Of a stretch of 64,000 nt of DNA, positions 34,512 to 45,595 are shown piece after piece. The stretch is from Coniocarpon cinnabarinum (lineage: Eukaryota). The notes under the pieces are model-generated. The model did no database searches, was not told where the DNA came from, and worked only from the letters and a program-made list of their open reading frames with translations. The stretch covers positions 1 to 64,000 of the forward strand of contig JAVECO010000092.1 of assembly GCA_051942205.1 (NCBI GenBank), read 5' to 3'. Each line of letters begins with the position of its first letter. Position 1 is the stretch's first letter. The position numbers and the translations under genes are program-made.

Positions 34512-37055
34512 ATTTGGATCGATGATTGCTTCGTGGGTTCGTTCGCGATACATGTTTCGTTTAGTTTCAGCGTTGGAGTTGGGAATACTTCAGCGTGGGA
34601 TGTTTGAGTGACTGTACGAATGACTGCATGGGTTGCACGGCTGCTAGTATTGATGGGAATGGAATGGCAAAAGCACGGTTGTAATGCACAGAAAAGCGAT
34701 GGTTGCTACGCACAGATGGGACACGACTGTATGAATCCGACACATAGATTTAATAATTGTTAATTAATACTCTTGACACTGGGACTCGGCTTCATATGCA
34801 TCTCGATATTCTTGCCGGACTTTGTTCTTCAGCTTCATTTGCGACTTGCAAGCTTCTGTAAGTTGACAAAGAATGCTGGAACCCTTCAAGTGATCAGAGT
34901 CATCTTGGTGCGTGGGGATCAAAGGTCGCTTCTCAGTATTCGTCCGTGTAGCTGCATGTTCAGAGAACTGAATTCCAATGGAAGTTCCTTTAAGACCTGT
35001 GCTTCATGCTCAAAGAGTCAGCATTACTTGATCCTTCAACACCATTGACCCAATCCTCGAAAGCTGCGAACTCGATGTTCAAGCTCATTTACTATCCTAG
35101 AGGGTCTTTGCCTAGCATGGAGATCTTTACAGTGCCTATATTTGTGAATCAAACATTCAATATCATATGATAACGTGCTTTGGGAAATTCTCGTTTGGGA
35201 AATTCTCGTTTTGTCGACTTGTTTGTTCGAGGTTGTGTTGCTTCAGCGAGATTCTAAAACGCGCGACATCTTCGCAACGCTGCGGCTTCTAACGTGTTTA
35301 CGCTTTTTTCTTGTTAAGGTTGTGGCTTGATGTCAAGGATGCAGTCTACATGTGCTAGTTATCTATCGCGGATATTGCAGCTCCTCGACGGGAGCGTAGG
35401 GATTGTTATGTAGCATTTAGAAAGTCACAAGTGATGAAACCTATATTTTTCATCGAACAGCGGGCGTAAGTGAAGAGTATATGCATTGAGTAGCGAAGAG
35501 CTTAGATGGTGAAAGACTATAGATAAAAACGTCAGGCGGGAGAACATGTAGGGTTTCATGACTTTGGGACTGTTGATCGGGCAATGAACTGTAAATATGA
35601 AGGTATGGCTGCTGCTTCATGGAGCAACAGAAGTCCTGAGTTCGTACACGGTTCAAGAATTGCAGCGCCCGCTTGAAAGTGGGTGCTCTCATTTGCCAAT
35701 TGTTGAGCTGAGCCAAACGAGGTTCTAACCGTAGCGAGTGACGAAGCTGTTCTGTGACGTTGAGCAAACACAGCATTTATCACGCGTCGATTGATTCCTT
35801 TAAGAGACGTTTATGTGGTAGTAAGTCTGGATAAGACATGAACAGTACGTCAAATTTGCTGTTTTGAGGGACAGTGAGATTACAGCAAAATATGTACGTT
35901 GTTTTGGTAGTAGACTTATACCTGTAATAGGAGTTCAAAAAATATTTAGAACTTGCGGCTTAATTTAGGCAGGATGCTCGCTGTTTGCCGGATCGGCGGG
36001 CAGATAGAGTGCAGAATTGCATGTGAATGTCCCCGCGCGTGAGCAAAAGGTCTCTTGCTGTTAACGCACCATTCGCTCAAAGATGGTCAATGCGGCTGAG
36101 TGAGACGCCCTTCAAGCGCTTTGGTATATTCCAGAGCTACTTGCTTGCCAGCGACGTCGCTTAGATTCTGCGCAAGGTCTGGCTGTTGTTAATGCTGAGA
36201 TGAGAATCATCCGCCATTTCTTCGGAATCACGAGGTTGTGCAGCATTATTTACACAGGCAATTATGACATACTGTGCTTGCAGGTTCCCCTCAAATGGGC
36301 TCATCGAATATGGCGGGAGGTTCATGACCGTTGTGGTGAGAACGTAAAATCTCCGATGGACGACGCTGGAAAGCGATTGGTGCAATGCTGTGGCTGTCAG
36401 GACGCTCGAAAGTGGAGACATGTGATTCATTTTATGTCGTGCTTCGCGTAGTGGGACAACAAGAATGCCTGTTGAAGCTTATTCTTGGCGAGCCATCTGA
36501 CTCGTGGTTGCCGATAATGCGATGGTCGAATTGGTTCCGCTTCAATACGGTGGTACGAACTGTGCATGGTTCATACGGATCATTATTTCACAAGTAGGAT
36601 TCATCATAGGCTCCAAGAGCCTGTTGGCTGTAGTCATCCGCTTGCATCTGCGAGCAGACTGGAATTTATGCTTCAACAATTCCAAGCGCAAGGTCGGTCC
36701 GGCATCGATCACCTGATGATTGGCAAAGCAGATGGACACGACAGAGGTATTGATGCCCTCTTCCATGCATGGTTAAACCTCTAACAGGTGCGCTGATGCA
36801 GAGTACCGCGGCTAGACGCATGAAAATGTCCGAAAGTGGCTGATGAACGGTTGCACCAGAGATTATCGGAGCTTTTTCGTGGCACTAGCCCCGCACGTGG
36901 GTGGGTAAAGCCGTTGCGTGCCGAGCCTGGCCTACAAGATTTTTGTTGGCTTTTTAGGAGGAGAAACGGGATAAATAAGTAATTATCGCTCTTCGCAGGC
37001 CCCAAAGCAATTTGCCTGTCATTCTTCTTGGTTTGGACTCTTCACATGACCCAGA

Positions 37056-38433
37056 ATGGTTGGCAATCTGGGACCTAAAGTCACGAAAACTTGGCGAAAC
37101 GAATGGCTTAAAGTCATTGGTGCTTTTTTTGCGCTCTTCAACTGCTGGTGAGCTGCTGGTCCCAATCCAAAGTTTTCTCACTTCAAACAAGAATCAATGG
37201 CTGATCTCGAACATGACAAGGGGTTTCATATTCTGTTTCGGACTTTACCAGACTTACTATGAAGGGAATTACCTGGAACAAGACAGTCCATCCACGATAT
37301 CATGGATCGCAACGGTGAATGTCTTTCTCATGCTCTTTTGTGGCCCTTTAGCAGGCCCCTTCTACGACCAAGGTTATTTTCAAGCCCTGTTGGCGAGTGG
37401 ACACCTATTGGTCGTGCTTGGAGTCATGATGTTGAGCTTGAGCACCAAGTATTATCAACTCATGCTGTCCGAAGGCATTTGCATTGGTATAGGGAGCGGC
37501 ATGCTGTGGACTTCGTGCCTGGCTGTAGTAGCTTCCAGTTTCACCACCAAGCGAGCAATGGCAGTCGCATTAGCAGCGTCAGGTTCCAGCGTTGGTAAGT
37601 AACCTGCTAAGATTGACACATGAGGTGCGCATTGGTGGCGGTTGATGAACGTTACAGGTGGCGTGATATATCCAATCATCTTTCAACAACTCCTTCATCG
37701 CATCGGCTTTCCATGGACGATCCGCGCACAGGGCTTAGTAGCGTTTGCTGCCAGCGGCATCTCACTGTGCTGCTTATTACCCACCAAGAGTCAAAAGCAT
37801 GGCAAGATCAGACATCTCGTTGACTGGAGCGCATTTCGAGACAAATGGTTCGTTGCATACACAGTGGGTGGCGTGTTTCTCATGATGGCCTACTATGTTC
37901 CATTCCTCTACCTACCACAATTTGCAGCCACTAGTCTATCGAAGCCCGTGTCGACAGACTTTGGATTCTATCTCCTACCAATTATCAACGGTGCTTCTAC
38001 AATTGCCCGCCTAGGAGCAGGATGGATTGCCGGAAAGTTTGGCGTTGTAGAGACATTTGGCGCGTGTCTTGTAGGCGCAACAGCCTTACTCTTCGGTTGG
38101 ATTGGTATCGAAAAGAGCTCGGAGCTGATCGTTTGGACGGTACTGTGGGGCTTGGTCACGGGCATCATTGTCGCACTGCCTGCAGCCATATTGCCGCATC
38201 TTTGTCCCTCACCGGAGCTGTTGGGAACACGAATGGGAATGCATTGGTGTGTCGTGGCGATTGGTGTGCTGATTGGGGGACCGATTGGCGGCGCCCTGAT
38301 CAACTCGCGAGGTGCAAGCCTCACGTGGTGGCCGTTGCAAGTGTTCCTGGGCGTGTCTATGGGCCTCGCAGCGACACTCTGCTCGAGTCCTCTTATTCCT
38401 CTCCGGAGACGATCGCGGAGCGTCTCAAGTTGA
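37056..38433 (+). CDS. MFS monocarboxylate-porter (MCH-like) transporter; exons 37056-37147, 37221-37594, 37658-38433
   Basis: Spliced EWLKVIGAFFALFNCW-GFIFCFGLYQTYY, AGPFYDQGY and ASGSSVGGVIYPI. About 12 hydrophobic segments. Confidence 0.88.
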
Positions 38434-38763
38434 GATATGTGTGCAGACTGACTGAAAGACAAACAAGAACAAGGGAACATGAAAACCATTCGCAGTGCCA
38501 CAATAAGTCATAGTAGCCCTCTAAGGGTCCAGCATGAAACATTCACGTGCATTGCATGTGAAAGTCGACCAAGCACGAAACCTTTCCTCCTCCTTCAAAT
38601 TCATTTCTGTACATTAAAGTTCCTTCATTCTAATTGTTCTCACCCTCTGCAAATTCTCGATGGGCTCTATGTAAGTGTGATCACTAAGTTATCTCGCTTC
38701 TCCTACTATGAGCAAGTCACCCTCGTGCCTGCCTCACCTACTGCTACCCACTCGACCACAACA

Positions 38764-40101
38764 ATGCCCCACCAAACGCACACAATTCAGTCTTCAGACG
38801 ATGAGGAAGACCAAGTCATAGCCTCCTACGATGTCTACCTCACGCCTCAGCTCCCTGCTGTATTCCCACCACCAGTCCACTCATCAACCGTCAACCCAAC
38901 CTCAACGACCGCTCAAGCTCCATCACCGCAAGCCTACCACCCCACCACACTCCTTCAATTCCCGACTCGGTCCCGTGCCACGCCCCTCACCGCCGCCAAT
39001 GGCAATTGCCCACAATCTCTCCGCCTGAAGCCGCATACCGGATTCCTTGAACTCGACGTCCCACTCAATTCACGTTTACGTTATAACTCGAGGAAGGCAA
39101 AGAAGTGGGCCAAAGCTCTTCGCGATGCCAATGCAAATCAAAATAAGATCAAGCAAAGTGGCGGCGAAGGCAGTGAGAAGAGTGCCGGCTTCGGGATGGC
39201 CAATGGTTTCACGGCATCTGGGATGACAGGTGCAAGAGGTCCGCCGAGGAAAGGAGGACTCTTGGACGATGGGGAGGACAAGATGGATGTGGACTCCGAC
39301 GACGATGGGACAGACGACGATGCTGAAGATGCAGAGGTGTTGCACACTCAGGCACTTGGGGGTAAAGTCAAGAAACGAGGCGACAAGGATCCCTACCTGT
39401 TCGTGGGCACCTTCCGCGACGACAAAGAGTTGCATCTCACAGAGGTAAGTGGCGTGGCGCAGCTCCGCGCGGAGTTTCACCACCTCGACGCCGAATCCCA
39501 AATGTCACGTTATCCCACGAACAACGCCAATCGCGGCGGTGGCGCCGCAGGTGGTCCTACACTGGATCGAGACGGCAAACCACGACTGTTGCAAACCCAG
39601 CCGCGAAGAACCGGAGGCACCGATCGTGGTGGACCAGGCGGCGAGTACAGCGCTGTCAAGGAACTGTTGCAGCGAGTGGGAGAGGAACCCTGGAGCACGC
39701 TTGCATGGACGGACGAGGAGAGTGAAAGCTCATACGCTGAATTCGCGAAACGTATGTTTCTCGCTGGCAAGAGTCAAACCGTGGACAACACGTCTGATGG
39801 AGAAAAGAAGGCGAGCATGGAGGATGAGCTGCAGAGTCGATGGACTGAAGAGGAGTACCTCGATCGTGTGGGAGGTGGTGTTTTGGAGAGAAGGAAAGTG
39901 TGGGAGCGGAGTCGACGCAGAGGAAGGAAGAAGACTGCCGGTGTGACTGAGGCGAGATGTGCTGGAAAGGGAAAACAGCGAGCTGTGAACGGGGATGCTG
40001 GTCATACCCCTCACGACGAAGAACATGACGACGAAGACAGCGACACGTCGGAGCTAAGTGACGTTGACGACGACATGAGCGAGCCCGAAGGAATGATCTA
40101 G
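38764..40101 (+). CDS. RPC37: RNA polymerase III subunit Rpc37/RPC5 (Sin-like N domain)
   Basis: DQVIASYDVYLT, LLQFP, LRLKP..LELDVPL, TQALGG and ELHLTEVSGVAQLRAEFHHLD. Likely start ATG 38764 within the longer ORF. Confidence 0.8.
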   Translation: MPHQTHTIQSSDDEEDQVIASYDVYLTPQLPAVFPPPVHSSTVNPTSTTAQAPSPQAYHPTTLLQFPTRSRATPLTAANGNCPQSLRLKPHTGFLELDVPLNSRLRYNSRKAKKWAKALRDANANQNKIKQSGGEGSEKSAGFGMANGFTASGMTGARGPPRKGGLLDDGEDKMDVDSDDDGTDDDAEDAEVLHTQALGGKVKKRGDKDPYLFVGTFRDDKELHLTEVSGVAQLRAEFHHLDAESQMSRYPTNNANRGGGAAGGPTLDRDGKPRLLQTQPRRTGGTDRGGPGGEYSAVKELLQRVGEEPWSTLAWTDEESESSYAEFAKRMFLAGKSQTVDNTSDGEKKASMEDELQSRWTEEEYLDRVGGGVLERRKVWERSRRRGRKKTAGVTEARCAGKGKQRAVNGDAGHTPHDEEHDDEDSDTSELSDVDDDMSEPEGMI

Positions 40102-40269
40102 CAGCTCCTTGCTACGCATCAATGATCGATAGAGTGATGACTGATCACATTTCTCAACGTACTGACATATCAAAGATATTAGTGCTCCATAGCCACAATG
40201 ACATTACGAATCTGAACTGGTATGAAAATCTACACATGAGACGTGCGCCGCCTGGTCCGACGTTCTATC

Positions 40270-42535
40270 TTACAGAGACGGGCTCGGTGGCGTTGCGGTC
40301 TTCTGAATGAGGCCCAGATGGGGGTTGCCGATGTCGCCATAAAACACGACGAACGCATTGCGGAAGAGAATATCCCTATGTATTCAAGTTAGCCTTGCAT
40401 TTGTTGAAGCGCAAAAGTCCACAGTCGGCTTGTTTGTTCGCATGAGTTGGAGTAGCGGCATGGGATAGCACAACCAATCATCTAGATCCGTGATAGACGC
40501 CGAGTTCAGAACCCCAACGTGCTAGATTGCTGATGTATAGTGCCAGCCCTTGCTGTCGTAGGACCACGCTTGAATCCAGATACTGAATAGTAAATGAACT
40601 TTAATGTGGCTCTGTTATTGAGAAGATAGAGTGTCGTACTGCTTTTACTAGGTATCGCTGGGCTTTGGTGGGCTGTTGCTTAGCATTCCCCAGTTGCAGC
40701 TCAATTGCGATCTTTGCGAGAGTCTTATAGTTGCTGATATCGACTGACTCGCTATTCTGCAAAGGGCGGAAGCTTCATTCTGGATTGACAGTCTGCTGGG
40801 AGGCCACATTGCCTCATCATAGCACATAAGGCTCTCACACTCGGGCGAGTCCACTCATTGTTCGCGGGATGTAGCACAAATAGCTCCTTCTTGAAAAGGC
40901 AGAAGCGCAGCAGAATCAATGGCTCGTGTCTGTCTGCGCGCTTTGTCCAGTATCTTAAAAGTCGTCTCCGCTCGATCCAACGCTCTCAGGTCAAGAGCAT
41001 CGCAATATAGACTCCGACGCCAATCCAGTAAAGAAGCATAGTAGGCAACATATCGAAAACAGACAGAACAAAAGAAGAAGTAAACCGCGCACTTACCCAA
41101 ACACTTGAAGTCCATACCCTTGATTACTCTGCAACGCTCCATAGCAATACTGATCCGTCACCTGCGCATACGCCAGCATCCAAGGCGGGACATGTATCAT
41201 CGTGCCATTGGGTCCACCCCAACCTCCAGTCGGGCCACCCGTCTTCGTGACATTGCCAATAGCTATGCCGAAGCCAGGTAGAGGAGTGCTACAAGGATAG
41301 ATGTAGCCGCCGTATTGATTGGAAATGCCAGCACCTTGGACGCGAGACTGATGCCCTTGTCAGCTTTTGTAGCTACAAAACCTTCCACTCAATAGGTGCA
41401 GAGAGAGCAGCTCGGTCCACAGACCGTTGATACTCATGGAGAAGATTGCACGTACCCAGTAGTCTCCCGCCACCTCTGGATCTACCAACAGCAGACTCGT
41501 CCCTGAATCCACGATTGCCGCGCTCGCCTGGTCTCGTGGATGAAATATCCCTGCGATGCCATAGGCTGGACTTGGCACCTGCCAGAATCCATTACTCGGG
41601 TCGACACCCACCTGCACGAGATTGCGCTCGCTCGAACCCGCAGGCAACGCCCCTGGGTCCACGAACCCAAAGTCATATGATCCGGTCCCGTCTTCTTTCA
41701 GACTCGCGGCAAACAGCTCTCGTTGCAGCAACGGACGCAAATTGTCGAACACAGTCCGCTGGCGCGTCGGTCGCACATTGTTGATATTGCTGAAGCCAAG
41801 TCCCACAAGTCCATCGTTTGCAACGTCCCGCACGAACCCATACGTCAGATTCGTTGCGAGCTCCACGCTCTGTCCGTCGATTCTCACGCCGCCCATGTCG
41901 ACCCAGTCACTGCCAACGACACCTTTCGCTGCCGAGTAATCACCATAGATGATTTCCCAATGCAAACCAGGCAGATCCCGATACGTAGCACTCGCATTCG
42001 GGTCATAGAACTGTTGATGCCCAGCGCGATACGCGGGCGGAAGCAGCGTATTGAAGACCCAAAAATCGCTACTGCCCGTATCAAAGTCGACCTGGATTTG
42101 CTGGCCACCGATTGAGATTTCGGCAAGATACTCAGAATGCAGCCGTTGTGGAACGGCGTTGAGAGAGCCTGTGGCTGTGGGTTGGGCGGTAGCATCGGTG
42201 CTGGTCTGGACCGCGGAAGCGATCGCGGTGCCTGATTGCTGCGTAGGCGCTTCGTGACCGGTGGAGACAGCCGGCAAGGCTGGTGCATCGCCTGCTGGTA
42301 AATTGAAGAGGGAGTCCTCTTCTGAACGCACGTTGGAAGAAGGAACTGGCCAACCCATGCGTTGGAAGACGCGATCGCGCTCGGCGTGCCCGTTGCGTAC
42401 ATGTGAGGCACGGCGTTGGCGCGGAACTCTAACAGTGGTTTGAGAAGCTGGATTGGATTGAGTTGAGGTGCTGTCCGATTGCACGGCTGAAATAAGGAAA
42501 GCAAGAAATGTTAATTGGGAACTCGAAACACGCAT
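40270..42535 (-). CDS. Secreted pepsin-family (A1) aspartic protease; exons 42535-41456, 41347-41097, 40375-40270
   Basis: Signal peptide, propeptide, catalytic DFDTGSSDFWV and IVDSGTSLL, flap IIYGD. The spliced tail reads YIYPC...CYGALQ...VFG-DILFRNAFVVF..HLGL. Confidence 0.9.
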
Positions 42536-43054
42536 GTTGATTGCTCGCGATGCTCGGAAGCTTCGTTCCTGTGGATATTAATAGGTCGCCGGAGTCTGAT
42601 CGAGTTTTCTGACAGAATGAACGACGGCCGTCAAGACCACTAAGAGATATGACTAGACGTATTAGAAATGAGATGTGAGGCAGATGAGAAGATGAGAAAT
42701 TGAACAGACTGTATCTGATTTGTCGAACGAGTGACTGAAATATGGGATACCTTGAAAAGACTAGAAAAAGAGAGCTGGCAAAAGGATCGTGTCAACGACG
42801 TAACACCGCAGCTTGATTGATATGGTGTTGTTTCAGGATCGAAGGAGCAAATTATTGACTTATTTACTCTTTACCAAGCACAAAGCCTTCAGTGGAATGC
42901 AGAAACGCGCGCTTAGCTCCTCTGGAATGCATCATTCCTCAATGCTCTATACATCTGAACCGTCAATTCGTTTCTCATGGGTATCGTCGCGCCAAATGCA
43001 GACACTCTATACAAGTCAATATTACTAATTTAAGTAGGGCAATGTTCTTCCTGC

Positions 43055-45248
43055 TCAAATGAATGGGAAATGTTTTTTCTTCTTTTTCTTCTCTTTCTCT
43101 TCGCCCCCTCCTGGTGGACGCGGCCCTGTAGCAGCCGTCGCGGCAGCCAAAGCATGGTTTTGGGGAGGTTTAGGTGGAGGATGTAGTTGGCCGTTGGGTC
43201 GAGAAGGACCATTCGAAGAGTTTAGGCTCATACTGCCCATCTGTGAACTAGGCGGTTGTATTTGAGGCGTCGGGGCAGGTCTTGGCGCCTGAAGAGGGGG
43301 CTCTGGCTCAAACAAATGCGCGGGAGCCTTCGGTTTTGGCTGCTCCTGAGGGATCTTGATGTTACGTTTGTCGAGACCGAGGTCGCCAAGTTGTCGAACA
43401 AACAAACTGGGTGTAAGCATATGGGTCGTGATGAGATAGACGTCCTTATTCCTGGCTTCTGAAACCTCGTAGCAAGCTCTTGATTCCGAATAAGTCGCAC
43501 CACCGGCCATAAACACTATGATTCGTTGGCGCGGCTCGTTTGAACGGGCTGCTTTCGCCCAAGTGGGTTTTGCACTTCGCAATGACGCAGACGGGGTATT
43601 TTCAGCGCCATCTGTCGCCTCTAATTGTGGCTTCGTATAAGGGAATGATTGTTGGTCCAAAGTGTTTTTGCAATGCTCTTCTAGAAGAAGTTTCAGTGCT
43701 GGTTCAAACCGCGATAAGGAATATTCCTCATCAGGATTCGTGGAGGGAGGCTTAGGAGGAAACAGTGGTTGCGGCTTGGGTGATTTCTCCTTTAAAGGCC
43801 TCGACACCCTTGCGCCCAAAAGCGCCAAGCTGCGAAGCGCTTCTCCGTCCGAAGGTGGAAGGTTGGCATGAGCCAACAGTCTTTGCGCGTCGATCGGCAG
43901 GATGCCGTCTCGAAATAATAGATACAGAATGATCAAGCGTAAACGATCTGGAGGAGTAACTCCTTCCTCGTCCAGACTACGAATGACTTGGTCAGCAACA
44001 GCTTTCGGCTTCTTGTGATCTTCGTCAAGACCGGTCGCAAGTATTTGCTCAATTGAGGCAAGGTCAGGAAGCTTGCGAGCTTGAAACAGGTTCATGGATT
44101 CCTGTGCCATTGTCAAATGCAACGAGTATGCCTCCTTTGTCTCCTGGAACTCGGGAAGTCCTGCCATCATATCCTTGATAGCACTAATACTAGTAGTGGT
44201 GTCGGGGTTTTGATTAGTGAAATGGGGATTGTCGTCGATGAAGCGCTGGAACTCGCCCATCAGTTTCTCGATGGTGTCTTTCATGTGCCGGTGACGATTC
44301 ATGATCCATATTTTGTCCTTCTCTGAGATCTCCACATCGCGCTCGGGTTGGTCACTGCTGGATCGCATTTTGTACGTAACCTTGTCGCCCTCCTTAATAG
44401 GCAAGAGGTCATGGCACATGGCTTGGTAGGTGAATTCATGTATTACAGGTGCAACAAGATCCATTGATCGATCACATACGTAAAGAACACCACGAGGTCG
44501 ATTCGACGGCGGTGGGAAATTGCGGTGATAGGTTGCATACATATCAATCTCCTCTTGAATGAATCGAGCAAGGTGCGAGCATAAGACGCTCGCTTCATGA
44601 GCAGACGCGCGTGGACGGTAATATCGGATCGTAGGATATTCTTCGAGAGAGACACAGACTGACACAACCTTTTGCGCCAGCTCGGAAAGGTGCTGTCGAA
44701 CGTGGTGATTGAAGCCTGGGTGGTAGAGTACAGGAAAGCTGTAGGGATCTCGGAAAACTACCAGATTTGACTCGCGAGGAAAATAGCCAACATCAACGAC
44801 TTGGAGGTTCTTGATCTGTTCTTGCGCTATTCGCGAACGATCTATTCGCTCTCGTAAAGATGCGTGCAAGACTGTAGCCTTTTGTCAGCGGACATCCCGA
44901 AACTCCGCCTCGCCCGGTCTCAAACTAGTCAAAAGACGTACGTCCAGTCCAAAGAAGGATAACACCACGATAGCGCTTATGCTCAAAATCAGCCATGATG
45001 CAATCAACAATGTGAGCCTCTGGCGAAAGAAAGTATATTGCATCCATGTCGCGGTTCGGCTGCCTTCGCTGCTCAATGTGTTCGATATTGGCAATCTTTT
45101 CACTGAGAACATCGTCCTCTTTGAGTACATTTGTAATTAACCTCCAACTATTTTGGTCCACGACCATAACCATCCAGTTTCCCCTTGTTGCATTACGAAT
45201 AGCGTTCAGAATTGCACTCCGTTGAATCTCGATTGCGGAGACGCCCAT
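43055..45248 (-). CDS. SEC1: Sec1/Munc18 exocytic SM protein; intron 44941-44872
   Basis: WMVMVVDQ, DAIYFLSP, EYPTIRYY, DRSMDLVAPVIHEFTYQAM and RIIVFMAGGATYSESR. Confidence 0.93.
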
Positions 45249-45595
45249 GATGGACTTGTACGTCGGTCGTCCAGAGCTTACAGTCTACTGAAAAGTGCTG
45301 GACGAAGGTTCGAGGAGGAACATAGACATCAAAATGTGGAACCATTCAACGATGGTCTTGCTATTGCAGGTGTGGACAAAATTCCTCCCGCAGTTTGAAG
45401 TGTCAAAAGCCAGCCACCTGGCGACGGGGCATCACATGCAGGAGCTTTGTGTCAAGGGTTGGAAACCCTAACGTCCTGTCGATCGTCAAAGTGATGGATG
45501 ATGCTTTGACATGAACATGTCGAGCATCTGTCCTACAATCACCCACTCCCAGCGCTTTGCATTTACGGACGTGGCGAGCCTGTCTCAGGCTTGTT

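Noticed and set aside
35179..35211. Tandem duplication TTTGGGAAATTCTCG x2
   Set aside because: Two copies only, in intergenic DNA; likely replication slippage.
36161..37005. Several 70-90 aa ORFs upstream of the MFS gene
   Set aside because: Could not assemble a coherent spliced gene or recognise a domain.
40700..40820. C/D-box snoRNA in the long intron (ATGATGA on the minus strand at 40814-40820)
   Set aside because: No suitably placed D box (CTGA) or terminal stem found downstream.
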